Shown piece by piece: positions 63,518 through 64,000 of a stretch of DNA of 64,000 nucleotides (within the stretch, counting starts at the first letter, position 1; the number at the start of each line of letters is the position of its first letter). A program made the translations under genes and the position numbers. The notes beneath the pieces are model-generated. The model saw nothing but the letters and a program-made list of their open reading frames with translations. It made no database searches and was not told the origin of the DNA. The DNA comes from an uncultured Acidobacteriaceae bacterium (GTDB taxonomy: Bacteria; Acidobacteriota; Terriglobia; Terriglobales; Acidobacteriaceae). Where the stretch lies: the NCBI GenBank assembly GCA_963846095.1, contig CAWJUW010000015.1, positions 127,834 to 191,833 on the forward strand, written 5' to 3'.

Positions 63518-64000
63518 TTGAAGTTTCTTGCCTTGTCAATCACAGTATTCTCGGCAACATTAACCTACGCTCAAAGCGAAGACTCGACGACATCGACCGC
63601 CGCGGTTGCGCGCGTTTATGTCACCCGGCCTACGCACCTCGACGGCTTCGACGTTTCCTCGTCCGGCAAACTCACCCCGGTTCCCGGCTCACCCTTCTCC
63701 AGCATCGCCCTTTCGCACCTGTCGATTAAGAAGGGGTATCTCTTCGGCGCCAGCGATGATGGGCAGGATATTTACAGCTATTCGATCGCATCCAGCGGTG
63801 CGGTCAAGCAAGTCTCCGCGATCGATACCCATAACTACCACGACAACGCGTCGGCGTGTATCGGCGTAGGACCGACGCAGATCGATCCCACCGGGGAAAC
63901 GCTCTACAACTTCCAGTCAAACTGCCAGGGCTGGCAATATGTTCAGTCGTACAAGATCGAAGACAGCGGCGCACTCGAATACATCAGTCAGGACGAGGCC
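63518..64000 (+). CDS. Secreted beta-propeller (lactonase-like) protein, truncated by the window end
   Basis: Hand translation: LKFLALSITVFSATLTYAQ...ARVYV...GFDVSSSGKLTPVPGSPF...YLFG...IYSYSIASSGAVKQV...IDPTGETLY. AGGAGG at 63493; start codon uncertain (CTG 63506 or TTG 63518). Confidence 0.7.
   Translation, partial: MKFLALSITVFSATLTYAQSEDSTTSTAAVARVYVTRPTHLDGFDVSSSGKLTPVPGSPFSSIALSHLSIKKGYLFGASDDGQDIYSYSIASSGAVKQVSAIDTHNYHDNASACIGVGPTQIDPTGETLYNFQSNCQGWQYVQSYKIEDSGALEYISQDEA

Overview
GC-rich chromosomal segment, most consistent with an Acidobacteriota (Terriglobia-like) genome. That assignment is inferred from three Oar-type/carboxypeptidase-domain TonB-dependent receptors, acidobacterial-type PadR cassettes and Ig/PQQ-propeller secreted proteins. 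The window holds housekeeping genes (tRNA-Phe, rpmB, msrB, RidA, Fpg/Nei, panBC, hemL, purMN, htrA, coaE, folD, cysKE, ppc, tag), two divergent RND efflux operons, and several small regulator + membrane-protein cassettes with visible operators. Many genes, including essential rpmB and folD, are split by single-base insertions that look like long-read consensus errors, so they are not called pseudogenes. I see no CRISPR array, transposase, integrase or intact prophage. The most interesting signal is a candidate cysteine-sensing, leaderless uORF attenuation system seen twice. One copy (MPDAYPLCPTACCRLHNAMLVD*, with alternative hairpins) precedes a completely Cys-free TonB-dependent receptor, and the other (MRRCR*) precedes cysK-cysE. 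Other oddities are an antitoxin-like tail on PanC, an orphan holin-like/lipoprotein fusion, an XRE-controlled array of paralogous small membrane proteins, a PadR partner with a Tiki/ChaN-like domain, heptamer-repeat intercistronic elements and a poly-G tract in htrA. All calls come from reading the sequence by eye; no searches were run.
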